Part shown: positions 26,266 through 42,383 of the stretch, piece by piece
Layout of the letters: the number at the start of each line of letters is the position of its first letter
How positions within the stretch are numbered: position 1 is the first letter of the stretch
From: the human T2T-CHM13v2.0 reference genome, Homo sapiens
DNA: 64,000 nt
NCBI RefSeq assembly: GCF_009914755.1
Contig: NC_060946.1
Direction: 5' to 3' (one strand)
The notes under the pieces: model-generated
Seen by the model: the letters and a program-made list of their open reading frames with translations, nothing else
Told to the model about the DNA's origin: nothing
The model's database searches: none
Made by a program: the position numbers and the translations under genes

Positions 26266-26826
26266 AGCTCCTTATTCTCAAGGGGAGGAAAGGTGTACGC
26301 ACATCATGCTAAAGCGCAGCAGAACACAAGCACGGTGGGCGGAGGGCCAGGAGGAGAGGTCGAAAGTGGGCAAACCTAAGAATCTGGGCCACGGAAAACT
26401 TGGCATCTGGATTTTGGTTATTTTTCAGCATTACCTTTATTGGTATTCTTTCTGCCTTACGCTTGTGTTTTCATTAATTTACTTTCTTATTAATGAACAA
26501 CAATACATAACCTAGTGCATGTCATTTAACACTGTTTGAACATAAAATAAGGCTAAGGATGCATCTATGCTCATCTTAAATCTTCGCTGGGCCAAGGGAA
26601 GGCCCCCTGGTTCCTCTTTCCCAGCTGAGCAGCCGGGGCCTGTGCAAGGCTGCCCAGCAGTTGGCAGCAGGGCAGGGCCGCACTGCAGTTCACTGGGAGG
26701 GGGCCTCAGCACAGGCCTGTCCTCACCCTGCGCCATGTCGTGAGGATAGCTGCACAGGCACAATGTGGGCACTGAATAGATGCCCCGAGATGAGGCCAGC
26801 GAGGCCAGCCCACAGCCGTGTCGCAC

Positions 26827-26980
26827 CAGCTGGTTTCACAACAGCTCAAGGACCACGGGAGCACAGAAGACAGCAGAAAGCAACCCTCACCTCCGTGCAT
26901 CAGCTGGTTTCACAACAGCTCAAGGACCACGGGAGCACAGAAGACAGCAGAAAGCAACCCTCACCTCCGTGCATCAGCTG
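26827..26980. repeat. Perfect 74-bp tandem duplication
   Basis: cagctggtttcacaac...ccgtgcat starts at 26827 and 26901; CAGCTG again at 26975. Confidence 0.95.
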
Positions 26981-28322
26981 CAAACCCAGCCCACCTCCCA
27001 GACACCTTGGCGCTTGCTTCTGCAGCTCCCAGACAGGCCACCCTCTCTTCATGAAGGACACAGAGGAACCCGGCAGGAGTTTCCAACTCCTTTCCAGTCC
27101 ATGATTTTCAAAGGACTAGGGCAGTCTCTGGGTTGGCCCAGGTCCTGTGCGTCACACACAAGATTCACAGTGTGAATTCAGTACCTCGAGGCTCCCAGCA
27201 CCTGCATCTCTGGAGGAAAGGTGCAGAGGAGGGAGGAAGCTGCAGTGTGGCCGACCCTTTGGACCTTAGCCTGGAAACTTCTTAAGCACAGAGGATCACT
27301 ATACCAGAAACAGATGCAACACAGACAACTTCTCCCTCCCTCTGGGGAGGCTGACTTTTCAGAACTGCCTCCCAGGAGGGACGGGGTCAGATCTAGTCAT
27401 CAGGATCACCTTGCCCTCCTCACAGGATCTGTTTTGGCACTGGTGACAACGCACTGTCCTGTGAGATTGCTTGATTGGGGTCTGCCTCCCCCAGGGTCAC
27501 ACTCTCTCCAAGGGCAGGTGCCGGGTCACCACTGTGCTCCTCACAGGGCCAAGTGTGGCCAGGACAGCAGGAATGTGCCAGGGGCTGCGGTGAAAGCCAG
27601 GGCAGGCTTACGCTACTTTCAGAGATGTCAGAGGTTGCACCCCGACTGTCCCCCGGTAAAGCCTCCATCAGAAGGTGCTGGCTATTCCAGTTAGAAGAGC
27701 GTCCAGCAAAATCCCTCCTTGTCTCAGTTTATACCCAGCTACTCAACTCAAAGCACCTGCTCTGAATTTCCCCCCAGCTGTCTTCTCACTGAGACACTGG
27801 CAGACCTAGCATGGGAAAGAAATCCAACAGGCACATGCACTTGATTCTAAACAGACAAGGTTTGCTCCACTTCACGTGCTCTGCAGTCCTCTGCTGTGTC
27901 AAGAGGGGCGGATCCGAGGATGACAGTGATTGACGGAGGGCAGCCCTGACCGCGTGCCCGCAGCACAAAGTGCTTCCCATGGGTAGCTCATTTAATCGCA
28001 CAAATGCTCTAGGTCACGGGGCTGCGCTGCTTTTATAAATGACAAGACCGAAGCCTAAGGAAGTTGGGTCATTTGCATAAGGAGAAGTCGGGATTCCCAC
28101 CAGGGTCCACACGGAGTCATGCTGTGCCTTCCTGGGTGCTTCTCCCAGAACCCAAGAGTTCCCAGCCAGTAGCCTCTGTCAGGGTGGCTACTGTCAGGAA
28201 GAAGGTCTTGATCAAGCTCCTGCCTGCCTGGATGCAACCTGAGAAGTGCAGACCAGGAATTCAAGCAGACCCTACCATGAAAGAGCAGGCTGCTGCCAGG
28301 AACCACTTGAAGTTCCTGGGTG

Positions 28323-28621
28323 GTTTTTTTTTTTTTTTGAGATGGAGTCTTGCTCTGTCACCCAGGCTGGAGTGCAGTGGCGCGATCTAGGCTCACTGCA
28401 AGCTCCGCCTCCCAGGTTCACGCCATTCTCCTGCCTCAGCCTCTCGAGCAGCTGGGACTACTCGGCCCGCCACCACGCCTGGCTAATTTTTTGTACTTTT
28501 TTAGTAGAGACGGGGTTTCACCATGTTAGCCAGGATGGTCTCCATCTCCTGACCTTGTGATCTGCCTGCCTCGGCCTCCAAAAGTGCTGGGAATTACAGG
28601 CATGAGCCACTGTGCCCGGCC
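28323..28621 (-). mobile_element. AluY-like with TSD CCTGGGTGGTTTTT
   Basis: Full Alu in reverse orientation, identical flanks. Confidence 0.95.
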
Positions 28622-29527
28622 CCTGGGTGGTTTTTAAAGGGCAATGGGTAACCATGGTTTTCACTTTTAAATTAACCTGCTCATAATCAGAGGGACTCAA
28701 ATCCTCTGTCCCGTTGGGCCATGCCCCTAGGTTCCCTTCCCTGACAACTGTGCAAACCCTCTCCTGCTGAGGAGGCGGCTGGAGAAGATGCACATCATGC
28801 AGCAGGCTTTACACGGTGGAAATGTAATCCATGCTAAAACTAGCATCCTGCTCGGCAATGGCTCAGGAGCTGCCTCTGCAGGAAAAGGGAGTGAGGCGGG
28901 AGGGAGAGAACAGGCAGAAATCCCCATTTATTCATGGCCAGCCCTGAGGGAGCGGCCTTCTCCCACTCGTGGTGTTATTCTGAAAGAGCGGCCTTCTCTC
29001 ACTTTCGTGTTATTCTGACAGACAGCAACGCCTGCCATCCACTTTTCTGTGACCTCGCCTGTGCCATCAGAAAACATACCTGTGTGTGCTAGCCCTCCTG
29101 ACTTCTCTCTAGAGCCAAGAATGTGGAAATGCTAAAGAACTTCAGCACGTGGGCACTGCACCAGCTGCCTTTGCTGCCCGGGGCACATTCTTCCAGAAAG
29201 GAAGGCAGTCAGGGAAAACAACACAAACATCACAAAGCCAGCCCTCCCTTGGTTTTGGCCCACTGGCCTTTCCAGTGAAAACAAAGCTGCTATTTCCAGG
29301 GTCTCCTCCAGGAGACAGGCCCCACCTTGCCTGCAAGGTAGAGGCATGAAGCTGATTAGGCCTGGGCCAAGGGTCTGTGACAAGGCTTGGGATTTATAGG
29401 CGCTTGTGTGACTAAACCATGAATTGATTATGAGACTCACCTGGGGGGTCTGTTGGACACTGACATTCCTGGCCTCCACCCCAAACCCACTGAATTAGAT
29501 ACTCCAGGGTGCGCCTAGAAGTTACAT

Positions 29528-29780
29528 TTGTTTTGTTTTGTTTTTGAGCCAGGGTCTCACTCTGTCACCCAGGCAGTGAACTCCTGGGCACAAGCGATCC
29601 TCTTGCTTCAGCCTCCTGAGGAGCTGGGACCACAGGAGCGTACCACCACGCTGGCTAATTTGTAGAGACTGGATCTTGCTCTGTTGCAGAGTCTGATCTT
29701 GAACTCCTAGACACAAGCAATCCTCCTGCCTTGGCCTCCCACAGTGCTGGGATTACGGGTGTGAGCCACCATGCCTGGCT
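29528..29780 (-). mobile_element. Alu (AluJ-like, partly deleted)
   Basis: Diverged Alu in reverse orientation. Confidence 0.85.
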
Positions 29781-29844
29781 GCAATTATATTTTTAGCCAA
29801 GCATCCCAGGTGATGTTTATTATCAGAGAAATTTAGAAACATTA

Positions 29845-30010
29845 AAGTGGTGTTTCTCAAATTGTGGTCTTTGGACCACAGCATCACCTGGGAACTTTTG
29901 AGAACTAAAAATTCTGGGGCTTTACCCCAGAGGCGCTGAATCAGAAACTCAGCCCAACGTGTTGTGCTTTCATCACAAGCCCTGGGTGACTCTGGCATGG
30001 GAAAGCTTGG
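29845..30010. mobile_element. MER5A-like DNA transposon fragment
   Basis: tttctcaaattgtggtc...gcatcacctgggaact...tgaatcagaaactc. Confidence 0.65.
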
Positions 30011-30189
30011 TTACCAACATTCTCGGACAGGGTGAGCTTGAGCCAAACCCAAGTCCCGGCATCAACCCCGTTTAAGGAAACCAATACAAGGCTGCCTGGC
30101 CCTGCCCCTGGCCCTGTGGTGAGGGAGACCTGTGCTGTACCAGGAGAGTAACAGGAGCAGTAACTCCGGGCATCAAGGCTTCGTCCGTG

Positions 30190-30350
30190 CTTTATACGAC
30201 TTAATCCTCAAAACAAACCTATGAAGTGCAGCACCTTTGCAGATGAGGAAACTGAAGCAGGGAGAGGTTAAGTAAATTGCCAACAGCTAGCAGGTGGCAG
30301 AACTGGGCTTCAAATCCAGGCTTTGTTTGACTCCAAAGTCAGGTTCTGAA
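30190..30350. mobile_element. MIR fragment
   Basis: cagatgaggaaactgaagc...ggttaagtaa...tggcagaactgggcttcaaatccagg MIR core. Confidence 0.7.
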
Positions 30351-30631
30351 ACATCACGCTGCTGTCCCCTGCAGCAGAGGCCAAAGTTAAGAGTTCACTG
30401 AACTTGTGAAATGAGAGTTCCTTGGCTGGAACGGTTAATGCCTTAAAATGATGCCATTTCTCATCTTCCAGTCTAACATCTCAGCAAGGAAGGACCGACG
30501 GCTGGAAAGGCACCCAATTCTGTGCTTGGTGCTGTAGGGAAGACAGAGAAAAACACCACGCACTTCCCGTCCTGTGTCCTACGGCCACCCAGGGAAGTAA
30601 GACAACATTTATAGCTCCTTCCCCTAGATGC

Positions 30632-32092
<1,461 letters not shown>

Positions 32093-33451
32093 TTAACTTC
32101 AATCTGAGTAAGATGAGGCATGTATTGCATTGCATAGATGCTGACTGATTTCATGTTTTCTGTGCTGCCCTCCTGTCATACCTGCCATAAATGCCAGGGG
32201 TTAGCCTTCCTGGAATGTCCTTGCTACATTACATGAACTTGCTGCCCCACTGCCTCTCACAATTTATAAATTACAGTGGAGAAAATGGTGCTGACCCACA
32301 CTCAGCCCAAGGTCAAGCCAGTAGCTCTGCTCAAGGGTTTATAAATGTGTTTTGACACACAGCATCTCTCACCCTCACTGCAGGGTCAGTGGAGAGAGAG
32401 AGTGGGCTCCCCCTCATCTGGGCACAGTGGGGAGAGTGGGGCCTCCATGGGTGCTCTGGATAGGGAAGCAGAGTTCTGGATGAGGATGCACCATCAGTGA
32501 CAGCTTTGGAACTGCAGACACCAAGGCAGAGGCTGCCCCCGGCATGCACGGAGGAGCGGTCTGTGAGGCAGCCCAAGAATGAATCTAGGCAGAGGGTGTC
32601 TGACATGAGGGCTGAGGTGGCGGGTGCAGCTGAAAGCAGCTCGGCCCAGCAAACACCTTCTGGAAAGCGTTCTTGGACCTTAAAAAAACTGCTCTGCTCT
32701 CCTTATCCCCACATGTTCCCTTCATCATGGCTAAATCAAGGTGTGTGATTCAAATGCTCTCCAAGGCCACTTGAGGCCTCTGCCCCTCGGGTTTGCAGCC
32801 TGTGTTTCTGTCCTGAAGCCCCACAGGACACCGGACCCCCTTTTGATTCTTGGCTCTCTTGATCATCTGTAATCGGCTGAACACTTTGAAGCCTTCGCTG
32901 ATACTGGAAGCCCTGGGGTGCAGGGCAGTGGATATAGGGAGTCCTAGGGTTATAGCATGCACATCCCCAAAGGTGTCACCCAGCTGGATGTGATTACAGC
33001 TCTGGAACTGCCTAAGCATGCATCCACTGGTGCTGCATGCGGCCCCTGGGGCACACATTTTCAGTCCCTTTCTTTACCTACAGGAGAAAAAAAGATGCCT
33101 GGGGGACGGACTAGGCCTCCCTCAAGACGGCCCGGTGCACTGGTGGCTGAATCACCCAGAGTCCCTCCCCGTGTGCCCGTCCTTCCCTCTGCTGAATCTG
33201 TGAATAACCCGGGGGCAGAGCCTGCCACTTTCCTTCCCAATGACAGACTTGGAGCTGGGGACATGTCAGGTCCTCAAGGAATAAATACTTCCTGAATCTC
33301 TGAATTGAGTCTGATGGAGGAGTCCTCACTGACTAGAAGATGAGGCTAAGAACCTAAAAGGGACTGGGGAGAATGGACTGCGGGCAGCAGGAAAGACAGG
33401 AGGCCTCCCTTCACTGAGAAGAAACCGAGACACACAGAGGTGAGGAGGCTC

Positions 33452-33497
33452 TTAGGGCCGTGTGGCGGGTGGGCGCCCTGCAGCCCTGCGTGCTGAC
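33452..33497 (-). CDS. MICAL3: Possible alternative C-terminus by donor read-through (RSARRAAGRPPATRP*)
   Basis: End of ORF 33452..33805; matches my recollection of a truncated MICAL3 isoform tail (unverified); no nearby poly(A) signal identified. Confidence 0.5.
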
Positions 33498-33693
33498 CTG
33501 CTGGCGACGTCCTCCTCGGCGCCCGTGTCCAGCACGCTGCTCAGGTTGTGCTCGGCCTGAGTCTCCTCCGGTACCTCCTGCAGTGCCTCAGCCTGCCTCA
33601 GGGACAGGCGGTAGTTCTCCAGCTCGATCCGCTCTGGGGTGCCCCTCAGTCGCTTGGCGATGCTGGGCTCCTCCAGGCCGTTCACGCCTGAAC
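33498..33693 (-). CDS. MICAL3: MICAL3 coding exon (GSGVNGLEEPSIAKRLRGTPERIELENYRLS...EEDVAS)
   Basis: cccgcag|GTTCAG acceptor, CAG|GTCAG donor, 196 nt, phase 1 to 2; TPERIELENYR motif. Confidence 0.96.
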
Positions 33694-34515
33694 CTGCGGG
33701 ACAAGCACAGAAGCACTGCACTGAGGTCCAACCACAGACGGGGCGTGGGGGTGGGGGCTGACACCCAGGCTGCAGGCCCTCCTGCCAGAATGTGGGGCAG
33801 GACAAAGGTCAGAGCATTTGCAGAGTTGCCAGAGGCCAGAGAAGGACCCTGGCATGTGAGAGGGAATTTCACTCTGCAGGAGAAAGGAAGGTGGCCCTGT
33901 CTGCCCTCCAGGTCAGAGCGTTCTCTCTCCTTCATCACCCTGAACCCGGCCCCCAGAGGGGAGACGCAGTCTCCCCACAAGAGTGACTGGTGGTGAGGGG
34001 TGTGGGCCAGACCGCAGGCAGCCAGGAGCCAGGTGCCCCTGAAGCAGCCTTGCCTGAGAAGGGCATCCCCGGTGCAGTCTGCCCCAGGGATCCAGGCCCC
34101 CACCAGGTGCCTCCCCCAATGCCTGCCCCGGGATCCAAGTCCCCACCAGGCACGTGCCCCACCACTGAGGGGGCCTGGCCAGCTGCCTGAAGAACGTCTC
34201 ATGCTGCGGATCTGTCTCCTCACAGTTAGATAAGGCACTTTCGGTTTCATAAGGCCACGTGGGCGATGCTGCCCCTACCGCAGCACCGCTGCTCAGAGGA
34301 AGGACACCAGGCCCGACCGCTCACAGAGGTGGCACCCAGGCCTCTCTGCGATGCACAGGCACACTTCCCCATCAGTCCTCCGTGGGCTTCTGAAGCCACG
34401 GGGTGCCCTGCCTGCGTCCTTTCACCCTGTGGTTTCAGCATCGTCGGCGATCTTGGCCGGAGTCCTTTGTGTGCACAGGGCGTCACACCAGGTGATTTTA
34501 AAATCCCATCACTCT

Positions 34516-34838
<323 letters not shown>

Positions 34839-35508
34839 CTACCATTCTTTGGTAAAGAAGCACTTTTCCCATTTTTAACTTTATACTTTCAAGTACTGCT
34901 ATGGACTCGGATTTTTGAAAATGTGTTTTACAACTGTGCTTTGGTCTCCTTTAACATGGAACAGTTCTGCTGCCTCCCTTATCATCACCACTATTCTCTG
35001 TTGACGTCCCTTGTCCTCCTGATCCTGGTCAGAGGAGGCTGTCATGAGTCCTCTGGTGTGTCCCCTGTAATGTGAGTAGCACCGGGTCCAGGTGGAGGCG
35101 GGCAACCCCAGGTCAGATTTCCTCATCTTCCAGATGCCTGGCTCCACCAGTAGTTGGCTGAAGGGTCTTAGAAAATTTACAGAACTCCTCAGAGCTCGTT
35201 TCCTGATAGATAAATGATGGCACCACCCACCTCCCAGAGCCGTCATGGACACCGAGTGACACGATGCACACATACTCATGTGGGGGTGCGTGTTGACCCT
35301 GCACCCCACACACACGGTCACCTTCCTCTTCCACTTAACGCCTGCCACCTGGGGAGTGCCCAGGAAACATGAGTGAAGCAGCAAGTCTGGTGTCCAGTAA
35401 TATTTCCCCACCACTGTGTGCATACTCCTGGAAAGCTGCATCCACAGGCTCTGGAGAGCGAACAGTCGTTACTGAGAAACAGGGCTGAGGCACAGTGCCA
35501 TGTGGTAG

Positions 35509-35821
<313 letters not shown>

Positions 35822-38800
35822 GTGTTACCAGACCTTCAAGGAGGCAGAGAAGGGGCAGAGGTGCTGGAGGGAGCAGGTCATGACTGGGCTGGCATCCTGG
35901 CTGGGCAGGTCACCGATTCCTGCAACATTCTAAGCTCTAGGAGACAACGCTGGGTTTTGGCATGCCACATCATACAAGCCAGTGTTGAGAGACAGGTGGT
36001 CCATCAGGCAAAACCTGGCTAAAGGAAAGCGGCAGGTGATTCAGCAATTTTTGTAGCACGACAGGTTGTGCACAAAGTGTTTTCTGAAGGCCTGCACTTC
36101 TGTTGTGTGCAGTGTTTGAACGTCTTTGTGGCAGCCTCAGACAGAGCTTTTAATGAACCCTGGTAGTCACAGGATAAGGTCTTGGCACATCTGTTGGAAT
36201 TACTGGCATCCTCCACCAAATAGCATCTTTCGAATTCACTAGAGAATCTTTACTAACAAAGCAAGATCCAGTGGCGTATTCACATACAAATTCAGGTAAT
36301 GGTGTGATGAAGGGGCAAAACACGAATACTTGAGTTCACTTGTGCCCTGTACACGTGCCCACTTGTTTTAGCCTTTGCATCCTTGCTGGGGGACCTTTTT
36401 AAACATCATGCTCCATTCTTCAACACCGAGCTCAGGGCACAAAAAGAATATGCTATGATGCTGGGCTAGGGCATCTTGAAGATGAGGAAATGTGGACTAG
36501 AGGTAATGGCAGAAAAGAGGCAGAGGGCAATCCTGATAGATCCGGCCTCAAGTTTCTCCAAACCTGCCCTCCCAGGCCTGGGACAGCAAAGGCCCTAACT
36601 GCACTAGCTCATCATTCCCAAATACCAGTCTTCCCATCCCTTCCTTCTCCTCATCAAAATCCATGGCGGCCACCCCATAATGAACAGGGGAGGGCTGAGG
36701 ATACACTGTCTGTGGCGCCATTTGATTCTTTCCATCATTTATTTTTGACAACTGCCATTCAATGGAAAGCAGATGAGAAAGGGAGATAAAGTCAAGCAAC
36801 TACCCAAGAATCAGCTTTCTGGGAATTCCATAAATACGGAACAAAAAGTGGTATTTCTTTTAGATGGGAGAAGAAAAACAGGATAAGAACTATCACTTCA
36901 GGGAAACAAACAACTAACAGCCATCAATTCAGAGGGAAGTGATTTTACAGTAGAGTGAACGAAACTTGGGAAGGAAAACATCCAAGAGGCGTCTGTTTGA
37001 CGTGGGTAACGTGGGGAACGCATACTGTCTGGCAAGAATTCTACTAGGACCACGGGAAACAAAGCAGATTAAAACACTCTCTACTCTAAAAGAGCTTCAG
37101 TAGCACCTGGGAGAGGGCCCTGCAGGAATCCTTTCGGTACGACGTGTCAAGTACCATGAGCCACGTATGCACTCATGGGAGAACATAGAGAGAGTGAGTC
37201 AGCACACCTGGCAGAGTCAAGAAAGGTGTTCTGGAGGCATATGGAGTTAGCCGGCTGCAAAAAAAAAACATTCTGTGAGGTAGGCACTATCATTTGCAAA
37301 TGAAGTAACTGAAGTTCAGGTCACACAGCTAGTGAGCCCTGGAGCCAAGATCTGAACATGAGGAGGAAAGGCATCACTCAGGAGATCACCATGCTGTCCC
37401 AAGACTTACAACAAGAAGAAAAACCAGGCACATGTTCGCAACAGCCCTATCTGCCTTCCCCTTTGGGCATCTTCACCATTGTCTCCTCCCCACTGTAATT
37501 TTCTAGGTGAGGGACACAGCACTTCATGAAAGCTTCTTGGAGCAGAGAATCTGGCATCTGGAATGACAGACACTCAGTCTTCCCACTGTTATTGCCCTGG
37601 AGATTCTGCAAATCCCGCAGACTAATGGGTTGTCAGGCAACAGAACTTGGCAGTCCAAGCCCAGGGCCAGAGCTCTGGAAGGGGAAATGCTGATTTAATT
37701 TTGGGCTTGGCTACAACCAACAAAAAAGAAACCAGAAGCACTGGGAACTGTTCAGATCCTTCACACGCCAGTCCCTGGAGAAAGCCTGCAGAAATGCTGT
37801 GCTGGGGACGGTGGAAAAGGGGAGCTGGGAGGCAGCAGTTGCCTCTCCTGTGCCAGACCCACCAGGCCATTGAGCCAGGTCCACACAGAGCTCCAGCTCA
37901 CCCTGTGGAGAGACAAGGACACGGAAGCACACTGGCAGGCCATTGCCGGGGGTTCAGTGTTTCCAAAGGGAAGGTGGTACTCAGAGGACACTGGGCAAGG
38001 ACCCCAAACTCACCAACTGCCAAAATATGCTCCACATTCCCAGCCCTTCACCTCAAAATACCATGGGAAATTAAAAAAAAAACCACACGCACAAACACAT
38101 CGGAACAATCAGCATCCTTGATTCTCTGTCCTGAGCAAGGGGCTTTCTGTCAGATGAATCAGGCGGTGATGAGAAACCAAGATAGTGAGAGCGGTAACAG
38201 CAGGGGCCTGGGCAGCGAAGACAGCCCTGTGACCTCCTCCCTCATCAACTAATGGCAGAACCCAGGAGGAGAGAGCAGGAGTGCAGATGTAAACAAGCGC
38301 TTTGCAAGGTGCTGGATTGCCAAGCCGAAGTGCACCCCGCCTGTCGGGCTAGCTGGCCCTACCTCCCGCCCTCTACTCCACATGCCTTAGTGCAACAACA
38401 GCCCAACAGGGACTTTCCAGCTTAAAGCGGGATGAAAGATCTGCAATAATTTCCAAGGCCAAGTCTTCACTAAGTCAGGGCAGGCAGCTCTCAGGTCACA
38501 GGGAGGCCAATTACAGCCCCACACATACCACAAGGAAACAGCTCCCAGGATCTGGGCCATATCCTAAATAGGAAAGAGGCTCTGGGCCGCACCTCAGGTT
38601 CTGCTTTGGAAGAGTCACTGCCTGCATGAGCTCCACACATCATTCTGGAAGAAACGTTTCTCCTAACAGGACAACCTGCTCTCGGCTGCTGGGCAAGAGC
38701 TGGCAGGGGGCTTTATTTGCTTCCACCTGACTCCTGGAGAGGCATCGGCGGGTGCAGAGGATACTAAGAGGCAGGGTCTTCCCAGGGCCTCAGCAGGCAG

Positions 38801-39317
38801 CTCCTCTTCCTCCTCCCTGCAGTGGTGGCAAAGCCCCCCTGTACTCGGCACAGCAGCTGCTGAAGACACTTCAGGGCTCCGCGCCGCTGAGAAGGGTGTC
38901 GCGTAGGAAATCAGGATGTCAAGGGCCTCTTCTGCCTCTTTCTGGCCTGTCCTCCCACTTCTTTTTCCTTTCCTTCTTTATGAGCTTGGGAAAGTTTGAA
39001 TGGAATCCGAGTCTGACAAGGACTGAAAGAAAGGTGCTGTGTACACAGACTGATTCCCATCCTGTTTCCCATGTCTGTAAGTAGGATGGCTGCAGGGGTT
39101 CATTCATCCAATCACTGATTCAACAAATGTTTCTTCACCACCTGCTTCCAGCCAGACACCCTGCAGGCGCTCAGGCACACCAGTGACACAGCAGACAAGA
39201 TCTGTGCCCTGGGGCAGCCCACATTCTGATAGCCTATGGGTGTCACCCATCTGCTAAGAGAGGCTGATGACCTCAGGGAGATAAAAGGGGCCGACCGTGA
39301 CCACCTTCCGGCGTCAC

Positions 39318-39754
<437 letters not shown>

Positions 39755-41021
39755 CTCAGGGGAGATGTAAGGAAGAGAAATGTGAAGAAACGGCCAGGTT
39801 GGCAGCATGAGCCTAAGTTTCCAGATCTGCAGCAAAATCGGTCACAGTGACGTTCGTGCTGCCTGATCCACAGTTCTCAGAAACTCACAAAATCACCCTG
39901 GGAAACTGGGGTGCCCTCTTTGCACAGAGTCCAGATCATGGACAGGGCTGTAAGCGGGATCCATGCCTCCATCTGTTTGATCCCGTTCAAGTTGGAAACA
40001 GTACAGTCCCTATGTTCTCCCACACGTCCTCACATACTGGGAAACGGGGATGACACCACGTGAAGTGTGGCTGTTCCGAAACATTCGGAACCATGTCTGG
40101 CCCAGACATTTTCCAGTTTAGGGCCAGGCCTATGGAATGTATGAAGCTGCAGAGGGACCCCACTGCCTTGATCTGGGCTGGTCAAAATACAGTGAAGAAT
40201 CAGCTTGGATACTGGTTCACTCCTATCTTGCTTTGAGCTAAAGTTCCCACAGGAGATCCCATTGGCAACATGGCTACCATCCTGACTTAGAAACCTAAAG
40301 TAGTGGGATGGGTCACTACCTGCCTCGGGGACTTCACCACTCCTCTGGTCAAGCTGCACATCAACTGGTATCTGCGGGAGAAGGGCTCTAGCCTATTTTT
40401 AGGAGAAGTCACCCCTGGGTAGGAAAGATTCAGAGGGCTTATTAAAGGGCCCTACAGTGTACAAAAGGTCTTCCTGCACTTATTCTCAGGCACCTGGTGC
40501 CATCAACTTGGGCTTTTCTCCTCTGCTGCCCCATTCACTAGCCTTAGAGGCTGCTTGATGGGGCTCACATTTTTATACCGTTGACAGCTATGTTCTCATT
40601 CCAGGAGGGCAAGCCCCAGAGCCATGTGTGGAAAGGAAGTTTCTAAGCCACTGCTATGTCAGGGTGGTTTCTATCCCCACACGCTGCCCTCCAACAAACT
40701 TCTTCTGTGGCTTCCTACTGGCAGGGAGAGTGTGTTCACAAGAGTTTTCCAAGATCACATGATATGAGGTATTTCTTGCTTGTGAAGCAGGCGATGAGGG
40801 ATAAGCAGCAGTGTTTGTTGAGCGACTACCTGTGCCGGGCACGACGACAGGCAGGCTCTACACACGGCCTTAAACATCACAAATCCCACAAGTCCCTGTG
40901 ATTACATTGAGGGCTCTGAGTCAGTGATGTTGAATAACATGTCCAAAGACTCACATGAGCCAGAGCTAAGGATAACCCTAGTCTCTAAGAGTCCTTCCAA
41001 TCAATCATGCAGGAAAGAATT

Positions 41022-41660
<639 letters not shown>

Positions 41661-42072
41661 TCCCAGGATGGAATTTTTAACTGCCTGCTACACATGAACT
41701 ATTCTTCATTTGGGGTAACTTTACTTGTATGTCGGGGCACTGAGAATAGTGGGAAAGCAGGTGACATGGGCTCACTGGGAAATTCAGTTGCTTTGAAGAT
41801 ACTTATCAGAAGAATTGGGAAATTCTGAGTTAAATACAATATGCTAGAGAGGCCAAAGAGGAAAAAACCCAATAGGGAACAAACCAGTTCTGTACCAGGG
41901 AAAACCACCCAAATGGGAGGGGGGCCACCCCTCAGACCCAAACACTGTTTCCCAAGCATGCCGAGGACACCCCTGCAGTGAGGACACCGCTAGGGGGGAC
42001 AAGAGCTCCCCATCACCGCAGTCCTTTGCTCTCACTCTGTGTGACCCTGTGGAACTTTTGCTTTTGAATTAG

Positions 42073-42383
42073 TTTTTTTTTTTTTTTTTTTTTTTTTTTT
42101 GAGATGGAGTCTCACTCTGTTACCCAGGCTGGAGTGCAGTGGTGCGATCTTGGCTCACTGCAAACCTCTGCCTCCTGGATTCAAGTGATTCTCCTGCCTC
42201 AGCCTCCTGAGTAGCTGGGATTACAGGCGCCTGCCATCATGCCCGGCTAATTTTTGTATTTTTAGTAGAGATGAGGTTTTACCATGTTGGTCAGGATGGT
42301 CTCGATCTCCTGACCTCAGGTGATCTATCTGCCTTGGCCTCTCAAAGTGCAGGGATTACAGGTATGAGCCACCGTGCCTGGCC
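42073..42383 (-). mobile_element. AluSx-like
   Basis: Full Alu in reverse orientation; ttagtttttt on both flanks. Confidence 0.95.
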
